Origin: Burkholderiales bacterium
GTDB lineage: Bacteria > Pseudomonadota > Gammaproteobacteria > Burkholderiales > SG8-39
Length of the DNA stretch: 44,722 nt
NCBI GenBank assembly: GCA_036390555.1
Contig: DASWBP010000090.1
Coordinates: 1-44,722 of the forward strand
Reading direction: 5' to 3'
Shown here in pieces: positions 18,790 through 28,304 of this stretch; within the stretch, counting starts at the first letter, position 1, and each line of letters opens with the position of its first letter. The translations under genes were made by a program, and so were the position numbers. Below the pieces are notes generated by a model. The model searched no databases and was not told the DNA's origin. It worked only from the letters and a program-made list of their open reading frames with translations.

Positions 18790-19602
18790 ATGCAGCTCGC
18801 CGAGCCCTTCGCGCAATCCTGGAAGGCGGAACTCGCGCTTGCCTTCGAGCGGCGCGGTGAGCGCACGGTGCTCGCCGAGCGGCGCCACGACGGGCCGCTC
18901 GTCGTGCAGAAGCCCTTCTATCCGGAAGGCGACGCGGTGTGCCACGCGATCGTGGTGCATCCGCCGGCGGGCATCGCGGGCGGCGACGAACTGGAGCTCG
19001 GCGCGCGCGCAGCAGACGGCGCGCACGCGCTGCTGACGACGCCCGGCGCGGGCAAGTGGTACCGCTCGGGCGGTCCATGGGCGCAGCAGAAGCTGCACTT
19101 CGAGGTCAGTGGAGCGCTGGAGTGGCTGCCGCAGGAGACGATCGTCTTCGAGGGCGCGCGCGCGCGGCTGGCGACGGAGGTGCGCCTCGAGGCGGAGGCG
19201 CGCTACCTGGGATGGGAGATCCTCTGCCTCGGGCGCACGGGATCTGGCGAGAGGTTCGGCAAGGGGGAGGTGCAGTTGGACACGAGGCTGTATCGCGACG
19301 GCAGGCTTCTGTGGCTCGAGCGCGGGCGCGTCGAAGGCGGCGGCACGCTACTCGATTCCCCTGCGGGGCTGCAGGGCAGGCCGGTGTGCGGCACGCTCGT
19401 CGCCAGCGGCGCGCAGTTCGACCTCGCTGCCTGCCGCGCGGTCGAGGGCCTCGCGGTGACGCAGTTGCCGGGCGTGTTCCTCGCGCGCTACCTCGGGGAT
19501 TCGAGCGAGGAGGCCAAGCGCCTCTTTGCGAAGTTGTGGGCCGTGCTGCGGCCGGCCCTGTTCGGCCGCGAGGCGCAGGCGCCGCGCATCTGGAGCACCT
19601 AG
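18790..19602 (+). CDS. ureD: urease accessory protein UreD
   Basis: 270 aa. Position upstream of ure[11 protein letters not shown] motif. Confidence 0.88.
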   Translation: MQLAEPFAQSWKAELALAFERRGERTVLAERRHDGPLVVQKPFYPEGDAVCHAIVVHPPAGIAGGDELELGARAADGAHALLTTPGAGKWYRSGGPWAQQKLHFEVSGALEWLPQETIVFEGARARLATEVRLEAEARYLGWEILCLGRTGSGERFGKGEVQLDTRLYRDGRLLWLERGRVEGGGTLLDSPAGLQGRPVCGTLVASGAQFDLAACRAVEGLAVTQLPGVFLARYLGDSSEEAKRLFAKLWAVLRPALFGREAQAPRIWST

Positions 19603-19630
19603 GGCGGCCCGCCGTTCGCATGAGAGTCCC

Positions 19631-19933
19631 ATGGAACTGACGCCGAGAGAGAAGGACAAGCTGTTGATCTTCACCGCGGCGCTTCTTGCCGAGCGCCGCA
19701 AGGCGCGCGGGCTCAAGCTCAACTACCCGGAGGCGGTGGCGTTCATTTCCGCGGCGATCATGGAAGGCGCGCGCGACGGCCGCCCGGTCTCCGAGCTGAT
19801 GGGCTGGGGCGCGACGCTGTTGAAGCGCGAGGACGTGATGGAGGGCGTGCCCGAGATGATTCCCGAGATCCAGGTCGAGGCGACCTTTCCCGACGGCACG
19901 AAGCTGGTGACCGTCCACAACCCCATCGTCTGA
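19631..19933 (+). CDS. ureA: urease subunit gamma
   Basis: 100 aa beginning [37 protein letters not shown]. Confidence 0.96.
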   Translation: MELTPREKDKLLIFTAALLAERRKARGLKLNYPEAVAFISAAIMEGARDGRPVSELMGWGATLLKREDVMEGVPEMIPEIQVEATFPDGTKLVTVHNPIV

Positions 19934-19941
19934 GAGGCGCC

Positions 19942-20319
19942 ATGATCCCGGGCGAGATGAAGGTCGCTGCCGGCGACCTCGAGCTCAACAAGGGGCGCGA
20001 AACGGTGACGCTGCAGGTCACCAATAGCGGCGACCGGCCGGTGCAGGTCGGCTCGCACTACCACTTCTTCGAGACGAACGATGCGCTCAAGTTCGAGCGC
20101 AAGGCGGCGTATGGCTTTCGCCTGAACATCGCCGCGGGCACCGCAGTGCGCTTCGAGCCGGGCCAGACAAGGACGGTGGAGCTCGTCGCGCTCGCCGGCG
20201 AGCGCAAGGTCTACGGCTTCGCCGGCAAGGTGATGGGGAAGTTGGAGAACTACAACGCGCTGCGGAGCGGCACTTCGCGCCGCACCGCACCGCAAGACGT
20301 TCGGAAAGGGCGTAGATGA
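19942..20319 (+). CDS. ureB: urease subunit beta (with a roughly 24-aa C-terminal extension)
   Basis: MIPGEM...[17 protein letters not shown]. Stop overlaps the ureC ATG (ATGA). Confidence 0.93.
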   Translation: MIPGEMKVAAGDLELNKGRETVTLQVTNSGDRPVQVGSHYHFFETNDALKFERKAAYGFRLNIAAGTAVRFEPGQTRTVELVALAGERKVYGFAGKVMGKLENYNALRSGTSRRTAPQDVRKGRR

Positions 20320-22016
20320 GCCGAATCTCTCGCCAGGCGTATGCCGAGATGTTCGGGCCCACGGTGGGCGACCGCGTGCGGCTCGCGGACACCGAGCTGT
20401 GGATCGAGGTGGAGAAGGACCACACCGCCTACGGCGACGAAGTGAAGTTCGGCGGCGGCAAGGTGATCCGGGATGGCATGGGCCAGAGCCAGCTCCCCGC
20501 GGCGAAGGTCGCCGACACCGTGATCACCAACGCGCTCATCGTGGATCACTGGGGCATCGTCAAGGCGGACATCGGCCTGAAGGACGGGCGCATCTGGAAG
20601 ATCGGCAAGGCGGGCAACCCGGACATCCAGCCCGGCGTGACGATTCCCATCGGCGCCGGCACGGAGGCGATCGCGGGCGAGGGCATGATCGTCACCGCGG
20701 GCGGCATCGACTGCCACATCCACTTCATCTGCCCGCAGCAGATCGAAGAGGCGCTGATGAGCGGCGTGACCACCATGATCGGCGGCGGCACGGGGCCGGC
20801 GACGGGGACATCTGCCACCACCTGCACGCCGGGCCCGTGGCACCTGTATTCGATGCTCGCCGCGGCGGAGGCCTTCCCGATGAACCTGGGGTTCCTGGGC
20901 AAGGGCAACGCCTCGCAGCCGGGGCCGCTCCGCGAGCAGATCGAGGCGGGCGCGATCGGCCTCAAGCTGCACGAGGACTGGGGCACCACGCCGCAGGCGA
21001 TCGACACCTGCCTCGGCGTCGCGGACGAGATGGACGTGCAGGTGGCGATCCACACCGATACGTTGAACGAGTCCGGGTTCGTGGAGACCTCGGTGAAGGC
21101 GATGAAGGGGCGCTCGATCGCCACCTTCCATACCGAGGGCGCGGGCGGCGGGCATGCGCCCGACATCATCCGCGTGTGTGGCGAGCCTAACGTGCTGCCT
21201 TCCTCCACCAACCCCACGATGCCCTACACGGTGAACACGGTGGCCGAGCATCTGGACATGCTGATGGTGTGCCACCACCTCGACCCGGCGATCGCGGAGG
21301 ACGTGGCCTTCGCCGAATCGCGCATCCGCAAGGAAACCATCGCCGCCGAGGACATCCTGCACGACCTCGGCGCTTTCTCGATGATGTCCTCGGACTCGCA
21401 GGCGATGGGGCGCGTGGGCGAGGTGATCATCCGCACCTGGCAGACCGCGCACAAGATGAAGGTGCAGCGCGGCGCGCTGAAAGGCGACCCGAAGACCCAC
21501 GACAACGCGCGCGTGAAGCGCTACGTCGCCAAGTACACGATCAATCCCGCCATCTCGCACGGCGTAGGGCATCTCGTGGGTTCGGTGGAAGAGGGCAAGC
21601 TCGCCGACCTCGTGCTGTGGAAGCCGGCCTTCTTCGGCGTGAAGCCCTCGCTCGTCTTGAAGGGCGGCATGATCGCCGCCGCCGCGATGGGCGATCCCAA
21701 CGCCTCGATTCCCACGCCGCAGCCCGTGCACTACCGGCCGATGTTCGGCGCCTTCGGCAAGGCGCTGCGTACCTCGGTCACCTTCGTGTCGCAGGCCGCG
21801 CTGAAGAATCCCGCGCTCGCGCAACTTGACCTCGCGCGCCCGCTCGAAGCGGTGAAGAACGTGCGCGGGGTCGGCAAGAAGCACATGGTGCACAATGCCT
21901 GGCAGCCGAAAATCAGCGTGGATGCGGAGACCTACGAGGTGCGCGCCGACGGCGAGCTGCTGGTCTGCGAGCCCGCGAAGGTGCTGCCGATGGCGCAACG
22001 GTATTTCCTGTTCTGA
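20316..22016 (+). CDS. ureC: urease subunit alpha
   Basis: 566 aa with GGIDCHIHF, the carbamylated-lysine context [11 protein letters not shown] and MVCHHLD. Confidence 0.97.
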   Translation: MSRISRQAYAEMFGPTVGDRVRLADTELWIEVEKDHTAYGDEVKFGGGKVIRDGMGQSQLPAAKVADTVITNALIVDHWGIVKADIGLKDGRIWKIGKAGNPDIQPGVTIPIGAGTEAIAGEGMIVTAGGIDCHIHFICPQQIEEALMSGVTTMIGGGTGPATGTSATTCTPGPWHLYSMLAAAEAFPMNLGFLGKGNASQPGPLREQIEAGAIGLKLHEDWGTTPQAIDTCLGVADEMDVQVAIHTDTLNESGFVETSVKAMKGRSIATFHTEGAGGGHAPDIIRVCGEPNVLPSSTNPTMPYTVNTVAEHLDMLMVCHHLDPAIAEDVAFAESRIRKETIAAEDILHDLGAFSMMSSDSQAMGRVGEVIIRTWQTAHKMKVQRGALKGDPKTHDNARVKRYVAKYTINPAISHGVGHLVGSVEEGKLADLVLWKPAFFGVKPSLVLKGGMIAAAAMGDPNASIPTPQPVHYRPMFGAFGKALRTSVTFVSQAALKNPALAQLDLARPLEAVKNVRGVGKKHMVHNAWQPKISVDAETYEVRADGELLVCEPAKVLPMAQRYFLF

Positions 22017-22027
22017 AAGATGCGCTG

Positions 22028-22711
22028 ATGCTCGAGATCCGGGCAAGACTGAAGATTCCGCGCGCCGCCTACAAGGTGGAGGTGAAGGGGCAGCTGCGCC
22101 TGCCGTTCGACCTGCGGCAGAAGAGCCGCCTGCGCACCACGCTCGTCTCCGGCGAGGAAGTGGGGTTGGTGCTGCCGCGCGGCGAGATCCTGCGTGGGGG
22201 AGACCTCGTCACGGCGTCCGACGGCCGCGTGATCGAGGTGCTCGCGGCGCCTGAGAAGCTGCTGCACGTGGAGGCGGCGAATCCGACCGACCTCGCCAAG
22301 GCCGCCTATCACCTGGGCAACCGCCACGTTCCGGTGCAGGTGGGCGATGGTTTCCTGCGCCTTTCGGCAGACCACGTGCTGGAGGAGATGCTGAAGAAGC
22401 TCGGCGCGAAGGTGTCGCTCGTGGAGGCGCCGTTCGAGCCCGAGGCGGGCGCCTACGCGGGCGGCCACCACCAGCACGACGAGATGGGCCACGGCGGCAG
22501 GATCCACGACCACCACCAAGAGCACGGCCACGACCACGGCGAGCACGGGCACGTGCACGACGAGCATTGCGGCCACGATCACGATCACGCGCACGATCAT
22601 TCGCACGACCACGATCACAAGCACGACCACGGTCATGCGCACGGCCACGACCACGACCATGCGCACGACCATGACCATGGCCACAAGCACGACCATGGCC
22701 GCAAGCGCTAG
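22028..22711 (+). CDS. ureE: urease accessory protein UreE with a very long His/Asp-rich tail
   Basis: UreE core ([13 protein letters not shown]) followed by about 80 aa of HDH/HGH repeats. Confidence 0.92.
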   Translation: MLEIRARLKIPRAAYKVEVKGQLRLPFDLRQKSRLRTTLVSGEEVGLVLPRGEILRGGDLVTASDGRVIEVLAAPEKLLHVEAANPTDLAKAAYHLGNRHVPVQVGDGFLRLSADHVLEEMLKKLGAKVSLVEAPFEPEAGAYAGGHHQHDEMGHGGRIHDHHQEHGHDHGEHGHVHDEHCGHDHDHAHDHSHDHDHKHDHGHAHGHDHDHAHDHDHGHKHDHGRKR

Positions 22712-22715
22712 CGCC

Positions 22716-23327
22716 ATGCGGCTGGATCCGCGCCTGCTGCAGCTTGCGAGCCCCGCGCTGCCGGTGGGCGCCTACAGCTATTCGGGAGGACTGGAGGCGG
22801 CGATCGAGGCCGGGATCGTCGGCGATGCGGCGAGCGCGCAGCGCTGGATCGGCGACGTGCTCGAGCATTCGGTGGCGCGCATGGAGGCCCCGCTGCTGCT
22901 GAAGATGATGCGCGAGCCGGATGCGCGGTGGAACGAGATGTTCCTCGCCAGCCGCGAGACCGCCGAGCTGCGCGCGGAGACAGTGCAGATGGGCTACTCG
23001 CTCAACCGGCTGCTGCCCGAGCTTGGCGTGGAGCCTTGCCCGTTCGACGAGCCTTCCTTTCCGGCGGCCTATGCGCAAGCGGTGCGTGCCTGGAGCATTG
23101 CGCCGCGCGAGGCGCTGGTGGCCTATCTCTGGGCGTGGCTCGAGAACCAGGTGATGGCGGCGGTGAAGGCGGTGCCGCTCGGCCAGACCGACGGCCAGAA
23201 GATGCTTCTCGCGCTCGGCGCGCGGCTCAACGACATCCGCGAGGAGGAGCCCGGCAACTTCGCGCCGGGCCTGGCGATGCTTTCCTCGCGGCACGAAACC
23301 CAGTATTCGAGGCTCTTCCGCTCATGA
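22716..23327 (+). CDS. ureF: urease accessory protein UreF
   Basis: [21 protein letters not shown] motif. Start is ATG 22716, or ATG 22695 which would overlap ureE. Confidence 0.9.
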   Translation: MRLDPRLLQLASPALPVGAYSYSGGLEAAIEAGIVGDAASAQRWIGDVLEHSVARMEAPLLLKMMREPDARWNEMFLASRETAELRAETVQMGYSLNRLLPELGVEPCPFDEPSFPAAYAQAVRAWSIAPREALVAYLWAWLENQVMAAVKAVPLGQTDGQKMLLALGARLNDIREEEPGNFAPGLAMLSSRHETQYSRLFRS

Positions 23328-23959
23328 CGATGCATGGCAATGGCGCCGGTCCCCTGCGGGTCGGCATCGGCGGGCCGGTGGGCTCGGGCAAGACGGCGCT
23401 CACGCTCGCGCTGTGCAAGGCGCTGCGCGAGCGCTTCGACATCGCCGCGGTGACCAACGACATCTACACCGAGGAGGATGCGCAGTTCCTGGTGAGGAAC
23501 GAAGCGCTCGCGCCCGAGCGCATCATCGGCGTGGAGACGGGCGGCTGCCCGCACACCGCGATCCGCGAGGATGCCTCGATCAACCTCGAGGCGGTGGCGC
23601 GGCTCTCGCGCCGCTTTCCGGGCCTCGAACTGATCCTCATCGAGTCGGGCGGCGACAACCTCGCCGCCACCTTCAGCCCGGAGCTCTCGGACCTGACGCT
23701 TTACGTGATCGACGTGGCGGCCGGCGACAAGATCCCGAGGAAGGGCGGGCCCGGGATCACGAAGAGCGACCTGCTGGTGATCAACAAGATCGACCTCGCG
23801 CCGATGGTGGGCGCCTCGCTCGAGGTGATGGCGCGCGACGCGAAGAAGATGCGCGGCGAGCGCCCGTTCGTCTTCACCAACCTCAAGACCGGGCAGGGCC
23901 TGGACACCGTCATCAAGTTCATCGAGACCGAGGGAATGCTATGCACCGCGCAGCACTGA
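23324..23959 (+). CDS. ureG: urease accessory GTPase UreG
   Basis: P-loop [23 protein letters not shown] and the NKIDLAP motif. ATGA overlap with ureF. Confidence 0.96.
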   Translation: MTMHGNGAGPLRVGIGGPVGSGKTALTLALCKALRERFDIAAVTNDIYTEEDAQFLVRNEALAPERIIGVETGGCPHTAIREDASINLEAVARLSRRFPGLELILIESGGDNLAATFSPELSDLTLYVIDVAAGDKIPRKGGPGITKSDLLVINKIDLAPMVGASLEVMARDAKKMRGERPFVFTNLKTGQGLDTVIKFIETEGMLCTAQH

Positions 23960-24213
23960 TCCTCCTCCTCGCCGCAAGCGCGGCCCACGCGCACCCTGGC
24001 CACGGCGTCGCCGAGCTCTGGCACCTGCTCACCGAGCCCGACCACCTCGCTTTGCTCATGCTGCCCCTCGCCGTCGGCATCGGCGTCTGGTACACCCGCC
24101 GGAAAAATGGGGGCGAGCGCCGGTCTAGTGCAGAGACGGCTTTTTCAGGAAGTCGCTGCGGTCGGCGGACTTCAGCGTCACCTGCAGGCGTGAGCCGGCG
24201 CGCGCGATGGTGA
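23941..24213 (+). pseudogene. HupE/UreJ-like N-terminal stub (signal peptide plus one further TM); either a remnant or a small 2-TM protein
   Basis: [46 protein letters not shown] resembles the AFAH...HPxxGxDHxxAM start of HupE/UreJ nickel transporters. The ORF then runs 89 nt into the convergent gene with no further TM segments. Confidence 0.35.
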
Positions 24214-25099
24214 GGGGCACCTCGCAGCCGGCGGTGCCCAGGCGCCAGATGCTGCGAAAGAGTTCTGCGAGGCCGCCCACGCGCTGGCCCGCGACCTCGA
24301 CCACGACGTCGCCCAGCTTCAGGCCTGCGCGCTCCGCGGGCGCGCCGCTGGCAAGGCCCGCGACCACCAGCTTGCCCGCGATCTCGGTGGTGTACATGCC
24401 GAGCCAGGGCCGCACCGGGCGCTGCGCGCGGCCACGGGTGACGAGGTCATCCAGGATCGGCTCGAGCAGGTCCACGGGCACGAACATGTTGCCCTGCACG
24501 TTCTGGTCGCCCGATTTCTCCTCGACGAGCAGCGAGCCGATGCCGAGCAGCTTGCCCTCGGCGCCGATGAGCGCCGAGCCGCCCCACTGCGGGTGCGCGG
24601 GCGCGGCAAACAGCGCCTCGTCCAGCACGTACTCCCAGTAGCCGGCGAACTCGCGCTTGTCGAACACCTGCGCCTTCAAGGCGTGCGCGCGCCCGCCGTG
24701 GCCCGCCACCAGCACGTCATCGCCCACGCGGCAGCGCGACGCCGAGCCGCGCGCAAGCGGCGCGACGCCGAGCCGGCCGAGCGGCAGCACGAGGCCGAAG
24801 CCCGTCTGCTGGTCGTAGGCGAGCGGGTGGCCGGCGACCACCGCGCCCTGCGCGGTGGTGAGCCAGATGGAAGCGGCCTCGGTGATCAGGTAGCCGATGG
24901 TGAGGATGAGGCCGTCGTCGCGGATCACCACGCCGTTGCCGGCGCGCTCGGTGCCGAGGATCTGCGCGGTGAACGCGTCCTCCGGCACCTCGGCGCGCAC
25001 CAGCACCATCGCGCCGAGCGCGGCATCCAGGTCGAAGCGCCAGTCCTCGGGACGCGGCCGCAGCTCGGCGGGAAACGCCCAGTCCGCGGGCTCGCTCAT
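24125..25099 (-). CDS. trypsin-fold (S1C/HtrA-like) plus PDZ domain protein, no signal peptide, catalytic residues apparently substituted
   Basis: 324 aa. The GNGVVIRDDGLILTIGYLI and HPQWGGSALIG segments align by eye to the HtrA His and Ser motifs. PDZ-like C-terminus (GLKLGDVVVEVAG). Confidence 0.75.
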   Translation of the reverse strand: MSEPADWAFPAELRPRPEDWRFDLDAALGAMVLVRAEVPEDAFTAQILGTERAGNGVVIRDDGLILTIGYLITEAASIWLTTAQGAVVAGHPLAYDQQTGFGLVLPLGRLGVAPLARGSASRCRVGDDVLVAGHGGRAHALKAQVFDKREFAGYWEYVLDEALFAAPAHPQWGGSALIGAEGKLLGIGSLLVEEKSGDQNVQGNMFVPVDLLEPILDDLVTRGRAQRPVRPWLGMYTTEIAGKLVVAGLASGAPAERAGLKLGDVVVEVAGQRVGGLAELFRSIWRLGTAGCEVPLTIARAGSRLQVTLKSADRSDFLKKPSLH

Positions 25100-25244
25100 C
25101 GGGCCGTCATGTCCAGGGGCATGGCGGCCACTGTTGCGCGCGCGCGCGCGCGAGTCAAGGGCCGCGGCGACACGCTTGCGAGCCTCAACCCGCCCGCGCC
25201 GCCGGTCGCCGCGCCCCCGCGGCCCGTTGCGCGCCGCAGCGCGG

Positions 25245-25757
25245 TTACGTGCCGGTGCGCTTGACGATGACGCCCTGCGGGCCGCGCTCCATCATGCTGA
25301 TCTCGCCGGCGAGCTCGGCGCCTTCCTCGACCTTGATCTTGGCGTAGCGGATCTTGCCGGAGACCTTGCCGGTCGCGTGGATGATGAGCTGCTTGCGCAC
25401 CGTGAGCTCGCCCTCGAGCTTGCCGTGGATTTCCGCGGTGTCCACCGCCACCGTGCCGCAGAACGTGCCGTTGGGCGCGATCTGCAGGACGCGCGAGTCC
25501 AGTGTCGCCTCGATGCGACCCTCGACCACCAGCGTGTCGCAATCGGTGACTTCCACGCCCTTCATCTTGATGTCGGGGCCGACGATCAGCTTCGACTCCT
25601 TGCGCTCCTCGCCCTTGTCGGCAGCGGGCTTCGCCGCCTCGGGTGCGGGCTGCGTGGCGGTCGTCGCCGCGGGCGTCGCGGGCGTCGCGGGCGTCGCCGG
25701 CGGCGTGGAGCGGAAGAACGAATCGTTGCGGCGGAACAGGCTGTCTTTTTGAAGCAT
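25245..25757 (-). CDS. bactofilin-family polymer-forming cytoskeletal protein
   Basis: 170 aa from ATG 25757 (AGGAGA upstream). Pro/Thr/Ala-rich N-terminus, then a beta-helical repeat core (IVGPDIKMKGVEVTDCDTLVVEGRIEATL...GKLEGELTV...ATGKVSGKIRYAKIKVEEGAELAGEI). Confidence 0.85.
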   Translation of the reverse strand: MLQKDSLFRRNDSFFRSTPPATPATPATPAATTATQPAPEAAKPAADKGEERKESKLIVGPDIKMKGVEVTDCDTLVVEGRIEATLDSRVLQIAPNGTFCGTVAVDTAEIHGKLEGELTVRKQLIIHATGKVSGKIRYAKIKVEEGAELAGEISMMERGPQGVIVKRTGT

Positions 25758-25859
25758 GGTGTCTCCTTGGTGGGTTGAGGTCCAACCCAAGGGCCATGCA
25801 TTGATCGTGCCCGGCGCAAAATTCCACCGAAACAACAGGTTGAAGATTCGCCTCCCTCG

Positions 25860-25896
25860 AAAAGCGTCGCCCCACAACGACGTTTGTACGGGGCGA
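25860..25896 (-). terminator. candidate rho-independent terminator after the D-aminoacylase gene
   Basis: On the minus strand: TCGCCCC-16 nt loop-GGGGCGA, then cgcTTTT. The large loop lowers confidence. Confidence 0.4.
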
Positions 25897-25938
25897 ACCG
25901 GCGCTCGCGCAGCGTCGGGACCGCTCCACGACGCGTGG

Positions 25939-27582
25939 CTAACCGTCGAAGTCCCGCAGGAACTTGCCCGGCAGGCGCTCGAGGTCGCGCACGCCGTTCA
26001 CCCACACGCCATGCACGCCCACGGCAGGCGTGGTGAGGCGCGGATGGCCCCCGGGCAGGTCGAAGACGCGCTGCTTCGGGCCGCGGCCGATCGTCGCCGG
26101 GTCGAAGAGCAGGAGGTCCGCGGCGTAGCCGGGCTTCAGCGCGCCGCGCTGGCGGATGCCGAAGAGCTGCGCGGGCACGCTGGTCAGCCTGCGCACCGCA
26201 TCTTCGAGCGAAAGCGCGCCGCGCTCGCGCACCCAATGCCCGAGCAGGTGCAGGCCGAAGCCGGCGTCGTTGAAGAACGTCAGGTGCGCGCCCGCGTCCG
26301 AGAGCGACACCAGGCTCGCCGGATGCCGAAGCATCTCGCCCACCGCCTGCTCGTCGGAGTTGAGCAGCATGGCGTTGAACACGGTGTCGAGCTTTTCCGC
26401 GAGCGCGAGGTCGAGCATGAAATCGAGCGCATCCTCGCCCGCGGCGCGCGCCAGCTCGCCGATCGAGCGCTGCTCGCAGTCCTTGCGCGCGGACTCCACG
26501 ACTTCGACCTGGTCCCACTGGCCGTTGAACAGGCGGAAGTGCGCCGGGCGCGAGAGCTCGGCGCGCACCGCGTCGCGGAAGGCCTTGTCGCGGAGCTTCG
26601 CCTCGTAGGCGGCGCCCTTCAGCGGCAGCGCCGGCTTCCAGGACTCCAGCCCCTCGAACGTGTAGGGCGAGTGCAGGGTGAAGTCCATCGACAGCGGGCA
26701 ACAGGAGATCGCGCCGACCAGGCGCCGGCCGCGCGCGTTCGCCTGCGCGATTGCCTCGAGGTCCTCGAACACCGCGCGCGGATTGGTGCTGTTGTGCAGG
26801 AGCGCCGCGATCACCACCGGCCGGCCGGCAGATGCACCCAGCTCTTCCAGGAAGCTCACCTTGGTGTGACCGCCCTTGGTGAGCATGAAGACGCCGCGGC
26901 CCGCGTCGCGCAGCGCGCCGACCAGCGCGCGCAACTCCGCCTCGTCGGCGAGGCGCGAAGGCATCGGCAGGCCGCCGTGGCCGTTGTGCGCGGGCGAAGT
27001 GCTGGTGGCGAAACCCACGGCGCCCGCCCGCATGCCCTCCAGCAACAGCTCGCGCATGCGCGCGACTTCCTCCGGCGTCGCCGCGCGCCGCGGCGCGTCC
27101 TCGCCCATCACGTAGGTGCGCAGCGACGAGTGCCCGACGAAGCCGGCGATATTGATCGCCGCCCCGCGCCGCTCGAGCATGCGGAAGTATTCCGGGATGG
27201 ATTCGAAGTCCCAGTTGATCCCCGCGCGCAGCACCTCAAGCGACATGCCTTCCACCTGCGTCAGGTTCTTCATCACCAGATCTCGGTCGGCGGGCCTGCA
27301 GGGGGCGATGGTGAAGCCGCAGTTGCCGATGATCGCGGTGGTGACGCCCAGCGACGGCGAAGGCGAGACGAGCCGATCCCAGGTGATCTGCGCGTCGTAG
27401 TGCGTGTGGTTGTCCACGATGCCGGGCATCAGCGCGAGCCCGTCGGCATCGAGCGTCTCCCGGCCGGAAAGCGACGTGCCGATCCCGGCGATGGCGCCGC
27501 CGGCGACTGCAAGATCGCCGCGGAACGGCTTGCCGCCCAGGCCGTCGAGGATCAGGGCGTTTCGAATGACGAGGTCGTGCAT
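25939..27582 (-). CDS. N-acyl-D-amino-acid deacylase (D-aminoacylase) family amidohydrolase
   Basis: 547 aa. MHDLVIRNALILDG...PGIVDNHTHYD metal-binding motif. Confidence 0.88.
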   Translation of the reverse strand: MHDLVIRNALILDGLGGKPFRGDLAVAGGAIAGIGTSLSGRETLDADGLALMPGIVDNHTHYDAQITWDRLVSPSPSLGVTTAIIGNCGFTIAPCRPADRDLVMKNLTQVEGMSLEVLRAGINWDFESIPEYFRMLERRGAAINIAGFVGHSSLRTYVMGEDAPRRAATPEEVARMRELLLEGMRAGAVGFATSTSPAHNGHGGLPMPSRLADEAELRALVGALRDAGRGVFMLTKGGHTKVSFLEELGASAGRPVVIAALLHNSTNPRAVFEDLEAIAQANARGRRLVGAISCCPLSMDFTLHSPYTFEGLESWKPALPLKGAAYEAKLRDKAFRDAVRAELSRPAHFRLFNGQWDQVEVVESARKDCEQRSIGELARAAGEDALDFMLDLALAEKLDTVFNAMLLNSDEQAVGEMLRHPASLVSLSDAGAHLTFFNDAGFGLHLLGHWVRERGALSLEDAVRRLTSVPAQLFGIRQRGALKPGYAADLLLFDPATIGRGPKQRVFDLPGGHPRLTTPAVGVHGVWVNGVRDLERLPGKFLRDFDG

Positions 27583-27602
27583 GCCCCTATACTACTTGCA
27601 TC

Positions 27603-28304
27603 ATGGCCAACGCTGACCTGAAGGGAAAGAATGCCGTCGTCACCGGCGCCGCGCGCGGCATCGGCAAGGCGGCCGCCGACTTGCTCGAGAGTCTCGGCGC
27701 GACGGTGTATCGCATGGACCTGGAGCCGGGCGCGGGCATCATCGCCGTGGACGTGGCCGACGACAAGGCGGTCGACGCGGCGTTCTCCAGGATCGGCCGT
27801 GTGGACATCCTCGTCAACAACGCCGGCATCGCGGTGCGCAAGTCGGCCTTCGACATCACGCGCGAGGAGTGGCAGCGCGTCCTCGCCGTGAACCTCGACG
27901 GGCTCTTCTACTGCTCGCGCGCCGCGGCGCGCTCGATGCGCGCCCAGGGCGGCGCGATCGTCAACCTTGCCTCGATCATGGGGTTTTCGGGCGGGCTGTT
28001 TCCGAATCCCGCCTACCAGGCCTCCAAGGGCGCGGTGGTGAACCTGACGCGCGCGCTCGCGCTGGAGTTCGCTCCGCTCGGCATCCGCGTCAACGCGGTG
28101 GCTCCAACCTTCGTGCGCACCGAGCTCACCACGCCGATCTTCTCCAACCCGGAGGTGCTGCAGAAGGTGATGGAGCACACGCCGCTCGGTCGCCTGCCCG
28201 AGGTGGAGGATATCGCGCAGGCGATCGTCTTCCTCGCGGGCCCTGCCGCGCGCTGCATCACCGGCGTCACGCTTCCCGTGGACTCCGGCTACCTCGCGCG
28301 CTAG
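27603..28304 (+). CDS. SDR family oxidoreductase
   Basis: TGAARGIGKA cofactor motif, NNAG, and YQASK catalytic Tyr/Lys motif. Confidence 0.92.
   Translation: MANADLKGKNAVVTGAARGIGKAAADLLESLGATVYRMDLEPGAGIIAVDVADDKAVDAAFSRIGRVDILVNNAGIAVRKSAFDITREEWQRVLAVNLDGLFYCSRAAARSMRAQGGAIVNLASIMGFSGGLFPNPAYQASKGAVVNLTRALALEFAPLGIRVNAVAPTFVRTELTTPIFSNPEVLQKVMEHTPLGRLPEVEDIAQAIVFLAGPAARCITGVTLPVDSGYLAR

Noticed and set aside
20250-22046. 598-aa minus-strand ORF antisense to ureC
   Set aside because: Same GC-frame artefact. ureC on the plus strand is unambiguous.
21932-22717. 261-aa minus-strand ORF with VVVVMVVRM-type repeats resembling a hydrophobic repeat protein
   Set aside because: It is the reverse complement of the CAC/GAC repeat that encodes the UreE His/Asp tail, so it is a mirror artefact of that repeat.
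25137-25152. Alternating (GC)n run in the gap between the bactofilin and trypsin-fold genes, possibly Z-DNA-prone
   Set aside because: It is short and unremarkable at this base composition, and I have no evidence of function.
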